NCBI RefSeq assembly: GCF_001194135.2
Contig: NC_069005.1
Location: 22,565,699 to 22,629,698 of the forward strand
Source: Octopus bimaculoides
Taxonomy: Eukaryota
Length of the DNA: 64,000 bases
Direction: 5' to 3'
The translations under genes were made by a program, and so were the position numbers. The notes beneath the pieces are model-generated. The model saw nothing but the letters and a program-made list of their open reading frames with translations, was not told the DNA's origin and searched no databases. Shown here one piece after another: positions 1 through 12,422 of this stretch. Position 1 is the first letter of the stretch. Every line of letters begins with the position of its first letter.

Positions 1-149
1 CCTCTTTTGTACAACATATTTTGTACTAGATGCACCCTTCTAACTAATTAAAAAAAAAAAATGGTGGCCATAGCAATGGTAGCGACGAATGTGGTAGTAG
101 TGGTGGTAGCAGTGATAGTGGCAAATTAACAGGATCAGCATGTCAGACA

Positions 150-510
150 AAATACTTTGAAGCATTTGCTCCAGCTCTTTATGTTCTAAGATCAAACCCC
201 ATCAAGGTCAACTTTACCTTCCACTCCTCTAGGGTTGACAAAACAAAGTAGCAGCCAAGTATTTGTGCGGGGTCAATGTAACTGACTGACTAACTCCCTT
301 CACACTTAAATAGCGGTTTTGCACATAAATTACAAACACCGCAGCAGATTAATTAGTAATGCGGAAACTCTTGCATTTAATGATTTAGCTTTTTACATTT
401 TGAGCTCAAACGTAACCAGGGTCAACTTTGAACGGGTCGTCCTCCAGTGAGTCAATAAATTAAATGCCAGTCAAGCACAGGGATTACATATAATCAAATG
501 ATCCCATCCT
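150..510 (+). mobile_element. Two degraded SINE-B copies (tRNA-derived, Meta-like central domain)
   Basis: Both carry aaggtcaactttacc/ggtcaactttg and ggggtcaatgtaactgact-type motifs that match the young copy at 63694-63926. Confidence 0.6.
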
Positions 511-924
511 TACAATTTGTGGCTCTGTGCCTATATTAAGAATCATCATCATCATCATCCTCACCATTCTAATCATCATCATAGCAGTCACCATAAACAT
601 CGCCGTCGTCATTATACATCCATTACACCATATTGGCATCAGTTAGTGTCACTACCTAGTGTAGTTTATTATCAGAACAGAGAAAACTGCTCGTCTTTAG
701 CATGAACGTTACAGTTGCATACCCTCCCTATCAGCAACTACTTTTAAGCATGGATTAGGTGGATTGTATCATGGCACCAGCACTAGGGTGGTTGCCAGTG
801 AGCAAAACTCATTATTAAAGGCCTCAGATTTGATCCTCTGCAACCCCAGGACTTTTTGTTAAAAATTACGGTGGCTTGCCGATATTAATAGAGCAACATT
901 TATTATGCCTTGCATTATTTAGTC

Positions 925-1085
925 ACAGCCCTTTCAGTTCCAAGTTCAGGCTCAATCCAGGTCAACTTTGCCTTTCATCTTTCCAGGACCAACCAAATAA
1001 AATACCAGTTAAGCATCAGGGTCAATAAAATCAACTGCTCCTCTTCCCTCAATTTCTGACTTTGTTCCTATGTTAGAAATTATTA
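925..1085 (+). mobile_element. SINE-B fragment ending in an (ATT)n tail
   Basis: ggtcaactttgcctttcatc...ataccagtt...gggtcaataaaatcaact...cctatgttagaaattattat. Confidence 0.7.
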
Positions 1086-1199
1086 TGGTTATTATTATAA
1101 TTATTATTATTATTATTATTATTGATGAAAGACTGAGATATGTGGTGCATTGCTGTACACAAGTAGATACACTCACCACAACAGAATTGATATCCTAAA

Positions 1200-1530
1200 A
1201 CCAAGGTGTAACGTAAAAAGCACTGGTGTTGGTACCACATAAAAAAACACTAGTGATGGTGGTATGCAAAAAGCCCTGGTGCTTGTTCCACATAAAAATC
1301 CCTAAGGTTGGTGGGTTCCACATAAAAAGTACTGGTGCTAGTCCCACGTAAAAAGCACTGGTCATGGTGCCATGTAAAAAGCAGCCTGTACACTTTGCAA
1401 AAAAAGGGCATCCAGCTGTAGAAAGCAAGCCAAAACACTATGAAACCTGATGCAGCCCCTGGCCTTGCTATCAAGCTGTCCAACCCATACCAGCATGGGA
1501 AACAGACATTTTATCATCATCATCATCATT
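1200..1530 (+). mobile_element. RTE LINE 3' UTR with ~27-31 bp tandem units
   Basis: About six units like aaaagcactggtgctggtgccacgtaa, then aagggcatccagctgtagaa...ccaacccataccagcatgg, the same terminus as the RTE at 4205-4977. Confidence 0.75.
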
Positions 1531-2843
1531 AGCAATAGTGTTCAAATCTTGCATGCTGAGGGTCACTCTATAATCAACTGTACCCTCCCTCCAAAAACAG
1601 TAGCCTAGTTCTGATGTTAAATAACAATTATTACTCATTTAGTTCATTTCATTTCTCTGAAAGAATATTGATTGACTGCCAGAGATTCATACAAGGCAAA
1701 GAGGAAACTGATAGATTCACACCTTTCCCTCCATGGCATGGCAGCATCGACAGAGGTGGGGTACAGAAGTAGCTCCTTATCATTTGGAATGCTTCCTCAA
1801 AGAAGTCAGTTAGATATGAAAACTTTCTATTCTGTATGGCTATTGGCTATTACAGCACTATGCGTGGCGTTATGCTATTACGTAAATGTATGCTTGGATG
1901 AATAAATAAAATGTGATCATATGACACACCAGTTGAATGTAAGTAAACTCTACCCTCGTCCTCTAACCCCATCCTCATCTCATACACACTGCTGTATTTA
2001 TGTAGTAGTAAGATACAAGCCAAGGTTTATTCCATGTCTGCAACAAGAGAAACTATCACAAACATAGAAGATAGACCAATAGATTAAAAAGAGATGGTTA
2101 AATTCTGAGATAGATAGACAAGCAGAGAGATAAATAGAGAAAGAAATCGATAGACAGTTATATACACAGAACAATTATATATATGTATGTATGTATGTTT
2201 GTGTGAATTATATATATACACACACATATACATAGACACGCACAGATATATTGACATTCATTTACATCAGAAATATACATATGAAATACATCATATATAC
2301 ACAATGTATATATGATGTGTGTATGTGTGTGTGATTATTCTAAATATATACACACGCGCACACACACACACACACACACNNNNNNNNNNNNNNNNNNNNN
2401 NNNNNNNNNNNNNNNNNNNNNNNNNNNNNNNNNNNNNNNNNNNNNNNNNNNNNNNNNNNNNNNNNNNNNNNNNNNNNNNATATACACATATGAGAGATTT
2501 TAGAGATTTCTCCGATTTGATTGAGGCCATGCTAGGGCACAACCTTCAAGCATTTAGTTGATCATATTGACTCCAGCACTAATTTTGAGTCTGGTACATA
2601 TTTTATCATTCTCTACCTGTCAAATCGCTAATGCCCATCCATAGAGGGACACTGGCATAAACGAAACTGGGTTTCTATTTTTTTTCTTTTTAATGAAAAC
2701 TGACACAGACTTTAAAGAAAGGTTTGGTGTAAATACAAGAAATAGAACTCAATATGCAAGAGTGTGTGTATGTGTGTGTGTGTGTGTTATAGATTGATAG
2801 ATACATAGCTAGATACATACAGAGACAGACATAGATATTACAA

Positions 2844-3263
2844 GTGCAGGCATGACAGTATGGTTAAAAAGCTAACTTCCCAGCCATGTGGTCTTGGGTT
2901 CAGTCCTGCTGTGCAGCACTTAGGGCAAGTGTCTTCTACAAGAATTCTGGGCCAACCAAAGTTGTGAGAGGATTTGATAGGTGGAAACTGAAAGATGCTC
3001 CTCATGTGTGTGTGTGTGGGGGGGGGTACTCTTGGCTTGACACTACATGGTGGTCATAAATGAGCATTACTGTCATACAAAGCAATGCTGTCTGTTTCTA
3101 GGCTTCCTTGGGAAACATGTCTGGCCATAGGGAAATGTTCCCTTGTTTGGAAACTGGTGAGGGTTGGCAAAAGGAAGGGCATCCAGCCATAGAATATCTG
3201 CCTTAACGAGGTGAAAACCTGAGCCATACAAGCAAAGAAAAGTGGACATTAATGACGATAATG
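2844..3263 (+). mobile_element. SINE-A (tRNA head plus CORE-like domain), long variant with RTE-like 3' tail
   Basis: Head gcaggcatgacagtatggtt...ggttcagtcc; CORE-like cacttagggcaagtgtcttcta; (GT)n; tail ggaagggcatccagccatagaa...ggacattaatgacgataatga. Confidence 0.75.
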
Positions 3264-3269
3264 ATTTCG

Positions 3270-3351
<82 letters not shown>

Positions 3352-3390
3352 CATACACACACACACACACACACGTACGTGTGTGTGTGC

Positions 3391-3639
3391 TGGGACGCTG
3401 CCTTAAAAACTTTTTAGTCAAACAAATTGACCCCGGTACATATTTTTTTTTATTTAAGCCTGGTACTTATTCTATTGGTCTCTTTTTGCCAAACCACTAA
3501 GTCATGAGGATGTAAATACATTAACACTGGTTGTCAAGTGGTGGTGGTGGGGATAAACACAGACACAGAGACACACACACACATACACATCACCATAACT
3601 TTCATTTAATGTCCATTTTCTATACTGGCATGGGTTGGA

Positions 3640-3676
<37 letters not shown>

Positions 3677-3838
3677 TACGAACAAGCTTCTTTCAGTTTC
3701 TCTCTACCAAATCCACTCACAAGGAGTTGATTGACTCAGAGCTATATTAGAAGACACTTGCTCATGAGGCCACAGAGTGGCAGTCAACCCAAATATGTTG
3801 ATTGGGAAGCAAAGGTCTTAACCACACAGCTATGCCTG
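3391..3838 (-). mobile_element. SINE-A, near full length
   Basis: Reverse complement of head (ccacacagctatgcctg; gaagacacttgctcatg) and tail (cctggtacttattctattggtctcttttgcc). Confidence 0.75.
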
Positions 3839-4204
3839 AGCAAATACATATATAGATGGTTCTTCATTGCTCTTTGATGACAAGAATTCAGGTGTTTGAT
3901 CAACTGAGTTACCTGCTCAATGAATTAGCAATAAATTTGCATTCTGCAAACACATGCAGTAAGTCTCAAACATAATCAGTATCACATGGTATGTGACAAG
4001 GAAGACTGTGATTTGTCACAAGCATAATATGGGTGAATAATTAAACAGTTTTATTCACAAGCACAAGGAATCTTAAGCATATAATCATTTTCTATTATCT
4101 CAGGTTGACCCATTTTTTGTGAGTGAAATTGCGTTAGCAGAAAATGAAAAGAAGCCCATCAAATCATATGTGCAATTTCTTATATGTTTCTGTGTCTGTC
4201 TGTA

Positions 4205-4944
4205 CCAGCGCAAGAGAGACGATTGCGCTGGTATGGACATGTGGTGAGAATGGATGAGGATAGCTGCGTGAAAAAGTGCCACACCCTAACAGTTGAGGGA
4301 ACCCATGGAAGAGGTAGGCCCAGGAAGACCTGGGCTGAGGTGGTGAGGCAAGACCTTCGTACATTGGGCCTCACCGAGGCGATGACTACTGACCGGCACC
4401 TTTGGAAATGTGCTGTGCGTGAGAAGACCCGGCAAGCCAAGTAAGATCGTTGCCAGTGCCCCTGGACTGGCTCTTGTGCGGGTGGCACATAAGATGCACC
4501 ATTTTGAGCGTGGCCGTTGCCAGTACCGCCTGACTGGCTTCCGTAGGATTTTCGAGCGAGATCGTTGCCAGTGCCCCTGGACTGGCTTNNNNNNNNNNNN
4601 NNNNNNNNNNNNNNNNNNNNNNNNNNNNNNNNNNNNNNNNNNNNNNNNNNNNNNNNNNNNNNNNNNNNNNNNNNNNNNNNNNNNNNNNNNNNNNNNNNNN
4701 NNNNNNNNNNNNNNNNNNNNNNNNNNNNNNNNNNGCGTGGCCGTTGCCAGTATCGCCTGACTGGCCTTCGTGCAGGTGACACGTAAAAGTACCTACTACA
4801 CTCTCTGAGTGGTTGACGTTAGGAAGGGCATCCAGTTGTAGAAACTCTGCCAAATTTAGATTGGAGCCTGGTTTTGCTATCCGGTTTCACCAGTCCTCAG
4901 TCAAGTCGTCCAACCCATGCTAGCATGGAAAGCGGACGTTAAAC

Positions 4945-4977
<33 letters not shown>
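4205..4977 (+). mobile_element. 5'-truncated RTE-clade LINE: reverse transcriptase C-terminus plus 3' UTR and (ATG)n tail
   Basis: Translation ERRLRWYGHVVRMDEDSCVKKCHTLTVEGTHGRGRPRKTWAEVV...DRHLWK matches the RTE C-terminal LRWxGHVxRM...GxRxRGRPxxxW pattern. Stop at 4442-4444, tandem 3' UTR, gap 4589-4734, tail (gat)n to 4977. CpG-rich, so relatively young. Confidence 0.9.
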
Positions 4978-4988
4978 ATATATTTTAG

Positions 4989-5320
4989 ATGCAGACATGA
5001 CTGTGTGGTAAGGAGTTTGCTTCCCAACCACATGGTTCCGGGTTCAGTCCTGCTGTGAGGCACTTTGGGCAAGTGTCTTCTACAATAGCTCTGGGCTGAC
5101 CAAAGCCATGCGAGTGGATTTGGTAAATGGAAACTGAAAGAATCTCGTGTGTATGTGTTTGTCCACCACCACTGCTTAGCAACTGGTGTTGGTTAATTTA
5201 CATCCCTATGGCTTAGCAGTTTGGCAAGAGACTGACAGAATAAGTATCAGGCTTAAAAGAAAATATGTACTGGGGGAGGGGGGGGGTTCTTTTGACTACA
5301 ATTCTTCAAGGCAGTGACCC
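4989..5320 (+). mobile_element. SINE-A, full length
   Basis: gcagacatgactgtgtggtaagg...ttccgggttcagtcc...ctttgggcaagtgtcttctac...gactgacagaataagtatcagg. Confidence 0.85.
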
Positions 5321-5344
5321 AAAGATGGGACTCTAGCAAGCACT

Positions 5345-5836
5345 TTGCATGGACTGAACGATTCCCTTATCACATCCGACACAAACTGACCCCTCCACAT
5401 TATGTATGACTTGTACCAGACAACCTCATGCACAAGTCTTTTGACGATGCATTCTGAAACTTTGAGATCCTTTGCAATGACTGACTTTCTCGAGTTTTCA
5501 TCAATTATTTCTTGGCCTTTTTGTACAAAGTTGTGTGGTCTGATGATATTAAGACCCTCTGCATGTGTTTTGCATTTAGCTACTGATGTTGGAGCCTTGT
5601 TAGCAGCTTCCAGCTATTTTTGAACTTTGACAACTGAAGGATCAGGCAACTTTCAGGAAGTGAGTTATTTCTGTGTCATTATGCTGCTCTTTTAAGGTAA
5701 TGATTACAGGGCACCTTTTCATTTGCAACGTTAACCTGAGACATTATTTATCCGAAGAGGTAAAAAAAAAAAAAAAGAAAAGAAAGTTAAAGCTCTTGAA
5801 AGAGGTATCCTCAAAAAAACTGACACACCCTGTGTA
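5345..5836 (-). mobile_element. maT (DD37D-type) Tc1/mariner transposon, 5' fragment
   Basis: Minus frame reads MKRCPVIITLKEQHNDTEITHFLKVA...IIRPHNFVQKGQEIIDENSRKSVIAKDLKVSECIVKRLVHEVVWYKSYIMWRGQF (HTH region, with stops). Terminal cagggtgtgtca at 5832. The catalytic domain is absent, so family assignment rests on the recalled N-terminus and TIR. Confidence 0.7.
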
Positions 5837-5839
5837 TTC

Positions 5840-6208
5840 TCTCTCTTTTAGTCATTGGACTGTGGCCATGCTGGGGTACCACCATGAAAGGTTTAATCAA
5901 ACAAATCAACCCCAGTACTTATTCTTTAAAGTCTAACACTTCTATCTGTCTCTTTAGCCAAACTACTAAGTTATGAGGATATAAACAAATCAACACTTGT
6001 CTACCAATGGCACAAATAAATATATGCACACAGACAAATATATATAAATTGGGCTTCTTTCAATATCTGTTTACTAAATCCACTCCAAGGCCTTGACTGG
6101 CCCAGGGCTATAGTAGAAGACACTTCCCCAAGGTGCCACACGCTAAGACCGAACCAGAACCATGTGATTAGGAATCAATCTTCTTAACACACAACAATAC
6201 CTGTGCCT
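5840..6208 (-). mobile_element. SINE-A, full length
   Basis: cattggactgtggccatgctgggg...ccagtacttattct...gtagaagacacttccccaaggtgccac...ccatgtgattaggaatc. Confidence 0.85.
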
Positions 6209-6777
6209 CTGTGTGGGGGTGTGTGGTGGGGGACACAGACACACCTGAAACTAGTATCATATTTAAAATGACATTAATTCTCCTTTACAAAAAAAAAAAA
6301 GCACCAAAAGTTACCGTTTTGTTTCTGATTTTTTTTTTGGGGGGGGGGTATTCTTTTTGTGTATGTTTGTGTTATTGTTTTTTTGCTGCCAGTTAATTTT
6401 CTTCCCTTTGTTTTCTCCTGATTGTTTTATAAAACAGAGGGGAAATAAAAGATATGATCGCTATGGAAACAGGAGAGTTACTTATCAGAAGTGGAAGAGA
6501 GAGAGAGAGCAGTATCTACAGTAGCTGACTGATGCAAATAATGATGTTAAGATGATATTGGATATTGTGATGGATTTACTGTCATACAGAATAGTGTGGC
6601 GTCATACAGAGTAGTGTGATAAAGTACAGAGCAGTAGAATATAACACCATTTTTGTATATACTCTACGTTATATAACTATTTTATGATAACAAACAGACT
6701 CAAGGGACAAGGGCTGAGAGTTCCATGCATTGGCACTTATCGAACTAGTTACAGATTGAAGAGCTTTGGATTTATGC

Positions 6778-6843
<66 letters not shown>

Positions 6844-7319
6844 NNNNNNNNNNATATATATATACATAGATACATACACACACTGACTAATATTTAGTTA
6901 GCAGATGTAGATAAAGAGTAAATTATTTATATATATATATATATAAATCATTCTCTTTTTCTCTCTCTCTCTCTCTCTACCAAAGTTTAAATAAAACAAC
7001 ATCTAATGATATTTAAGTTTCTATAGCCTCTCCCTCAAAGTGATACACATGCCCCACCAATAGGGTGGGCTTTGCTTCAGAAATGAGGCATAAGTAGGTA
7101 ACAAGTGAATAAAAATTGCAATAAAATATAATTAAGACTTCCTTTGGCTATGTGAGTGCATGTGTGTGCATGCTTCTATGCTTACTTTGTCCATTCATAG
7201 TGGGATGCATATATTTTTTTTTTTTAATTAAAAAATGAAGCAGACATTGAGACACAAAAAAAGGGGGGATGTGAAACACAGGTCTATATTGTTGTTCCAC
7301 CAGCCAAATCTCTCTATTA

Positions 7320-7500
7320 TCACACACCTTACTGTCTTAAAACAGGAGTTTACATTCCAGTATTCAACTGATAATTATTTTATCGACGCTGAATGGATTA
7401 AAGGCAAAGTCAACCTCAGAGGAATTTGAACTCAGAATGTGAAGATGGACAAAATGCCACTTAAGTGGTACTTTGCCCAGCTTGCCACCTTCACTCTACT
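7320..7500 (-). mobile_element. SINE-B
   Basis: aaaggcaaagtcaacctcagaggaatttgaactcagaatgtgaagatggacaaaatgcc. Confidence 0.8.
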
Positions 7501-9261
7501 CAATATCCATACTACATTATACTATATTGTACCAATCTACACTAAATCACACCAATCTATACTGTACCTCAACATTCCAATAATACCATTTTTTAAAGAC
7601 AGTAAGGTGTGTGATTCGAGAACTATGAGGCAGGTGAAACAACTGTGTACAGAGACTGCAATGACTTCCTCATGGGATATCACTTATGCTTTGGTGGAAA
7701 GAGAGAGCGGATGTGTGTGTGTGTGTAAAAGAAAAGTAGAAAAATGCAATTGGCATTTTTAAGCATGTGTGTGTAAATTTGTATATGCATATATTAAATG
7801 CACACACACACACACACACACAAAGGTTGGCAGTAGGTAACTAACCTGATAAAAGAGATTCTAAACATTAAGAAAAAGTAAAGAATCTGGGCCGACGCTC
7901 CCCATTACCACCCACAGAAATACTAATACACATTCATTCAAACCCAGTTATTAACATCCAATATGGCACTGGACAGTGTAAAAAGTGGGTCAGCAGAATA
8001 TGGAGAGAATATGTGGTGGTAGCTGTGATGGTAGTGGAGGTGGTAGTAACAGCAGCAGTAGCAACAGTCCAAACATTTCCTGTCAGTTGTCCACTTAATT
8101 CCTATAATATATAACAGACAAACACAACACTGTAGCAAACTCCTTTAATTAATATAAATATTCCACCTCACCCCTACCTGCCGGGTCACATTTTTTACAG
8201 TTTCCTTCAACAGCTGCACCCCCACCCACTCATTCATACAGTGTGACTGTTAGGAAATTCTTTACTTGGGTTGCTTCATCTACCAGAAAATAGAAACCAA
8301 ATCTCCCTTGAATCACATCCTGTTAACTTAAAAAAGAAAGGACACAAGATGGTTATGGTTGGAGAGGCCATAGGCTATACATACCTAATAAATAAGTGAG
8401 TACTATGTTATCAAAAGATGATGGAATGTCATATCACAGGCCTGCTATATCAGGCTTGGCCCAGGGTTTTATATCAAACCATATTATGTATCTGATCTCT
8501 AACATATGGTCCCAATCTGTATCCTGATTTATGTAAATCCTCTCACTTTTTACCAGGAAGTAATTGTTATTACAGCTGGGAGAGGGCATCTTACCCTTTG
8601 TGGCTTGGGTAATCCTTGATTTGTGTGTCTGTTGAGGATGGATTCTTGTATTCTTGAACCCCACCACCACCACCACAATAGCGGACATTTTATTTTATTG
8701 CTGTGTTTTGGAGGGTTTTTTTCTACAATATGTAATCTCTCCCCTTTCTGTTTTGTATCCCATTCCTTTGGGCTGCATACAACATCTTCAGCCCTTGTAG
8801 CCAATAAAGAAATTATTAATATGATGATAGAGTGCTGCTGATAAAAAAATCTTGTAGTATTTAACTATATCCCTTTTCAATTATATCCTTGCCAAGGTCA
8901 ACTTTGTGTTTCACTCTTTCTGGGTTATAATACTGACACCAGTCAATTACTGGAGTCTATATATTCAACTGTATTCTCCTGCAAAATCTGGATTCACTAT
9001 TATTAAATAATGTCTTGAAAATAAATTCTCTCCTCATTGGGTTTTTCCGTAATTGTTATTAAAGCTCGTAGAGGTAAGAAGCAGGGTCTCTTCTGCCTGA
9101 CATTGTGAAACAGGTATCAACTATCTTATCTCCATTAATCAATATGTTAATTATAAAACAATGCTCTAGACTAAAACAAAAACTGAAAGAAAAAAAAATC
9201 TATTGTTCCATGTAATTCTGGTCTGTGCTACTTTCAATATTTGCTGAACCATTTTTCATTG

Positions 9262-9649
9262 TTACCTGTGGAAGGGGTAGACCCAGGAAGACTTAGGATG
9301 AAGTGGAGAGAAAAGATCTTCAAACACCGGACCTCACTGAGGAAATGACACAGGACCAGGAGATGTGACGATTGGCTGTACTTGATAAACGTCAAGCGAA
9401 GTAAAATCCCTGTCTTCCACACATAAAGGCTTATCCTTTCAGGTGCTGCTACCACTTGAAAAGCTCCTGTGACAGTCACATGAAAAGAGCATCCAGCACA
9501 CTCTTAAGTGGTTGGCATTAGGAAGGGCATCCAGCCATAGAAACCATACCACAACAAACAGTTTGAGTCCAGACAGCTCCATGTCAAGCCATCCGACCCA
9601 TGCCAGCATGGAGACCGGGCATTAAATGATGATGATGATAATGATGATG
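9262..9649 (+). mobile_element. RTE LINE 3' fragment
   Basis: GRGRPRKT*DEVERKDLQTPDLTEEMTQDQEM remnant, then aagggcatccagccatagaa and an (atg)n tail. Confidence 0.85.
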
Positions 9650-9823
9650 TTTCCATGTACAAAAAAAAGACAAAAACACTCATTACATGTGGTAGAGTTC
9701 ATTAATTCAAATTCTTCAATTAGTTATTCAGTCAAAGTCAGGTGACATTCCTATTCCTATTCAGTCTCTTGAGTATGCAAACAAGAAACTAAGAGTAGCA
9801 GCCCAGTCAAGCATCAGCATTAA

Positions 9824-10019
9824 CCCTTTCACTGAAAAATTGAATTTCATGCTTATTCCTGTAATGACGTTAAGTGTCTATCAAAAATAGAATCAGTGTT
9901 TTCTGCAAGTCACGTTGCCTCACAAACCTTGACATAACTCAACAGAAGAAAGTTTCAAGTATGACATTCTTCAACAAAAGATAGATTGGAATATAAAACT
10001 GCTTTCCACAGTAAAAGGG
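9824..10019. mobile_element. TTAA-type (piggyBac-like) MITE, family P2
   Basis: TTAA at 9820-9823; TIR ccctttcactg / cagtaaaaggg; right flank tgaa. Confidence 0.65.
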
Positions 10020-11464
10020 TGAAACACACACATCATCATCATCATCGTTTAACGTTCGCCTTCCATGCTAATATGGGTGGGATATATATACGTATACTTA
10101 CAAAACATGAGTTAAGCAACAATAACTTGAATGGGCTAATGGTATGAATTTGGCTAAATTAAGTTAGAAGGTGATGTACTAAATGTATATATAATTTTTT
10201 TTTTTTTTTTTTGAAACCTCTCTTAGTTGGCAAAAGCAAACCAAAATTGAGTGATAATTATTTTATTGATTCTCAAAGAAAAGGAGAAAGAATTTTAAGA
10301 AATTACAAATTAATTTACATACTTAAGGGAAGGAAAGAAAACCCCACTTGATCTTTATTTGCAGACAAGGAGTAACAATAGATATATATCAATTTGTTAG
10401 ACTTCAACACCAACTAGATTGATAGGCCTAGCTAAGCTATATTATGCTAATGAAGTCTAACAGACAGAAACACGTCCACTGTTGTCCCTTGCTTGCAAAC
10501 AAGGATCAAACGTTTCTTCTCTTAAGCAAGTAAATTAAATTAATTTCTTGAAATTTATCACTCTTTTTTCTTTGAAAGTTACTAACAACTGCCACTAGGT
10601 TTTTGTTTTCTTTCTAAATATCAAATGTAAGTTTCAGTTAAGATTTTTTTTTGTCGCATATAATACATCATCCTTTAATTTTATACATATATACATAAAC
10701 AAATTAGCAAATTAACATCCAAGTGCTAAAGAAAAGAAAAAACAAGATTACATGAAGAGTCATGATACTATTATCAAAACTTCCCTGCATTATTATTATT
10801 ATTATTTATGATAATGACTATATTAAATAGACATCAAAACCAATAAGGCAGCTTTAAGTAATCAAAGGAAGGTTAATACCTCATCATTCGATAATCTTCT
10901 TAAAGTGATTAATAATCCTTTCCAATAACAAACACTATACACATTTCTGATCTTAACCAAGAGAGAAGATTTACATATTTTGTTCATTACCCAAATGCCT
11001 ACAACAAGGAAGAAAATTAACTGTGAAAGGAAGGAAGGAAGGAAGAAAAAAGGAAAAAAATAGACAGACAGACAGACAGAGACAGCAGAGTGATGACAGT
11101 CAGTCATTTTCTAAAGCAAACCAGCTTCTGACTGGCAACAAGATCGATGGTAGTTATTAACATTCGTGAATCTATTGTGAAGAAGAACCAATACCGAAAG
11201 CGACACAAAAACCTCAGCTCTGCTAGTGTAAAGGAATTGTTGACACAAAGGAATTATCTAAATATTGGCGCTACCTTGCATTGCGACAGCCGAGATAATA
11301 GATTTGTTTAGTATTTTTAAATGCAGCCAGGCTATAAAACAGTGGTTGGTATATTAGGTGCAGTCATGCTAGTCTAAATCAGCTTATTTATGCCATTCAT
11401 CACCAGCACCAGCAGCAGACTTGGCTCTTAATTGTAATCAACTTTCAGACACAATCTAACAAGA

Positions 11465-11610
11465 GAACCTCTCTATGGTTATTCAACCAGCTAGAAATAA
11501 CTGCCAAACCTTTCTCAAATCAATCTTTAAGAGATATACACAGGATCATGTTCTTCTAGACATGTTTATTTACATTATATCAGGAATAGTTGGATTGATA
11601 TGGTTTATAG
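11465..11610 (+). repeat. Unclassified interspersed repeat family G, fragment
   Basis: gaacctctctatggttattcaaccagctagaaataactgccaaacc recurs in more than 15 degraded copies across the window. Confidence 0.65.
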
Positions 11611-11821
11611 TCCTGTAGCATTTAAACTGGCCACATCCATCCAAAATATTCTACCTGTTTAGGTTCAAATCAGCTAGATCTGGCCTCTTACACCACCTCT
11701 ACAATCCCAAAAATAAACAATCACATCATCAAAATCTCAAAGCTATGAGATAATCCATGATTAATTCAAAACATGAATAGACAAGCATTACATTTGATAG
11801 AGTAATCTGAATGCTAAAGGG
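11611..11821 (+). mobile_element. piggyBac-like MITE, family P1
   Basis: (c)ctgtagcatttaaactggcc...gagtaatctgaatgctaaaggg followed by ttag. Confidence 0.8.
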
Positions 11822-12104
11822 TTAGTGTTTACATTTGAAACTACTTGCGATGCTCTCAGTTCTTTCACCTGTAGTAGCCATGGCTAAAGGTAACTCAAGC
11901 CTACATAAGTAAAGGAAACCAGAACAAAAATGTTGGTGTCACTATTAACAAGTGCTATGTAAATAATGCATGTAAACACACAGTACACACAATGCCACCT
12001 GTGGTCACACAGTGAACTAGACTGGAATTTTAAGTTCCCCCTTGAGTAACTTATCTGGATTAAAGGAGGTGCCATCAGTCGCCAGAAAAATCAGTGATGT
12101 ACAG

Positions 12105-12139
<35 letters not shown>

Positions 12140-12149
12140 AGTTGTGGCT

Positions 12150-12373
12150 GTTGCCAATCTCATGTAAATGGTACCCATTATACTCTTGGAGTGTTTAGCT
12201 TAAGGAAGAGCATCCAGCCATAGAAACCATGCCAGTTCCAGTCAAACCATCTAGCCTATGCCATCATGGAAAGCAGACATATGATGGTGATGATGTGTGT
12301 GTGTGTGTGTACCCTATATATACACCGTTCTACCCACGCATGCATGGACGACAGACATTAAACGATGATGATG

Positions 12374-12375
<2 letters not shown>
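12150..12375 (+). mobile_element. RTE 3' UTR fragment with duplicated terminal segment
   Basis: aaggaagagcatccagccatagaaacc...catggaaagcagacatatgatg, then again catggacgacagacattaaacgatgatg. Confidence 0.6.

Positions 12376-12422
<47 letters not shown>

Noticed and set aside
517-705. His-rich ORF
   Set aside because: Translation of a (CAT)n microsatellite with a TTG start; no protein features.
6581-6618. 20-bp tandem duplication gtcatacaga(a/g)tagtgtg
   Set aside because: Real but trivial; a single local slippage with no further structure.
9255-9295. AG|GT site ccccttccacag|gtaac on the minus strand
   Set aside because: The pyrimidine tract is the antisense of an RTE fragment at its truncation point and the donor is weak.
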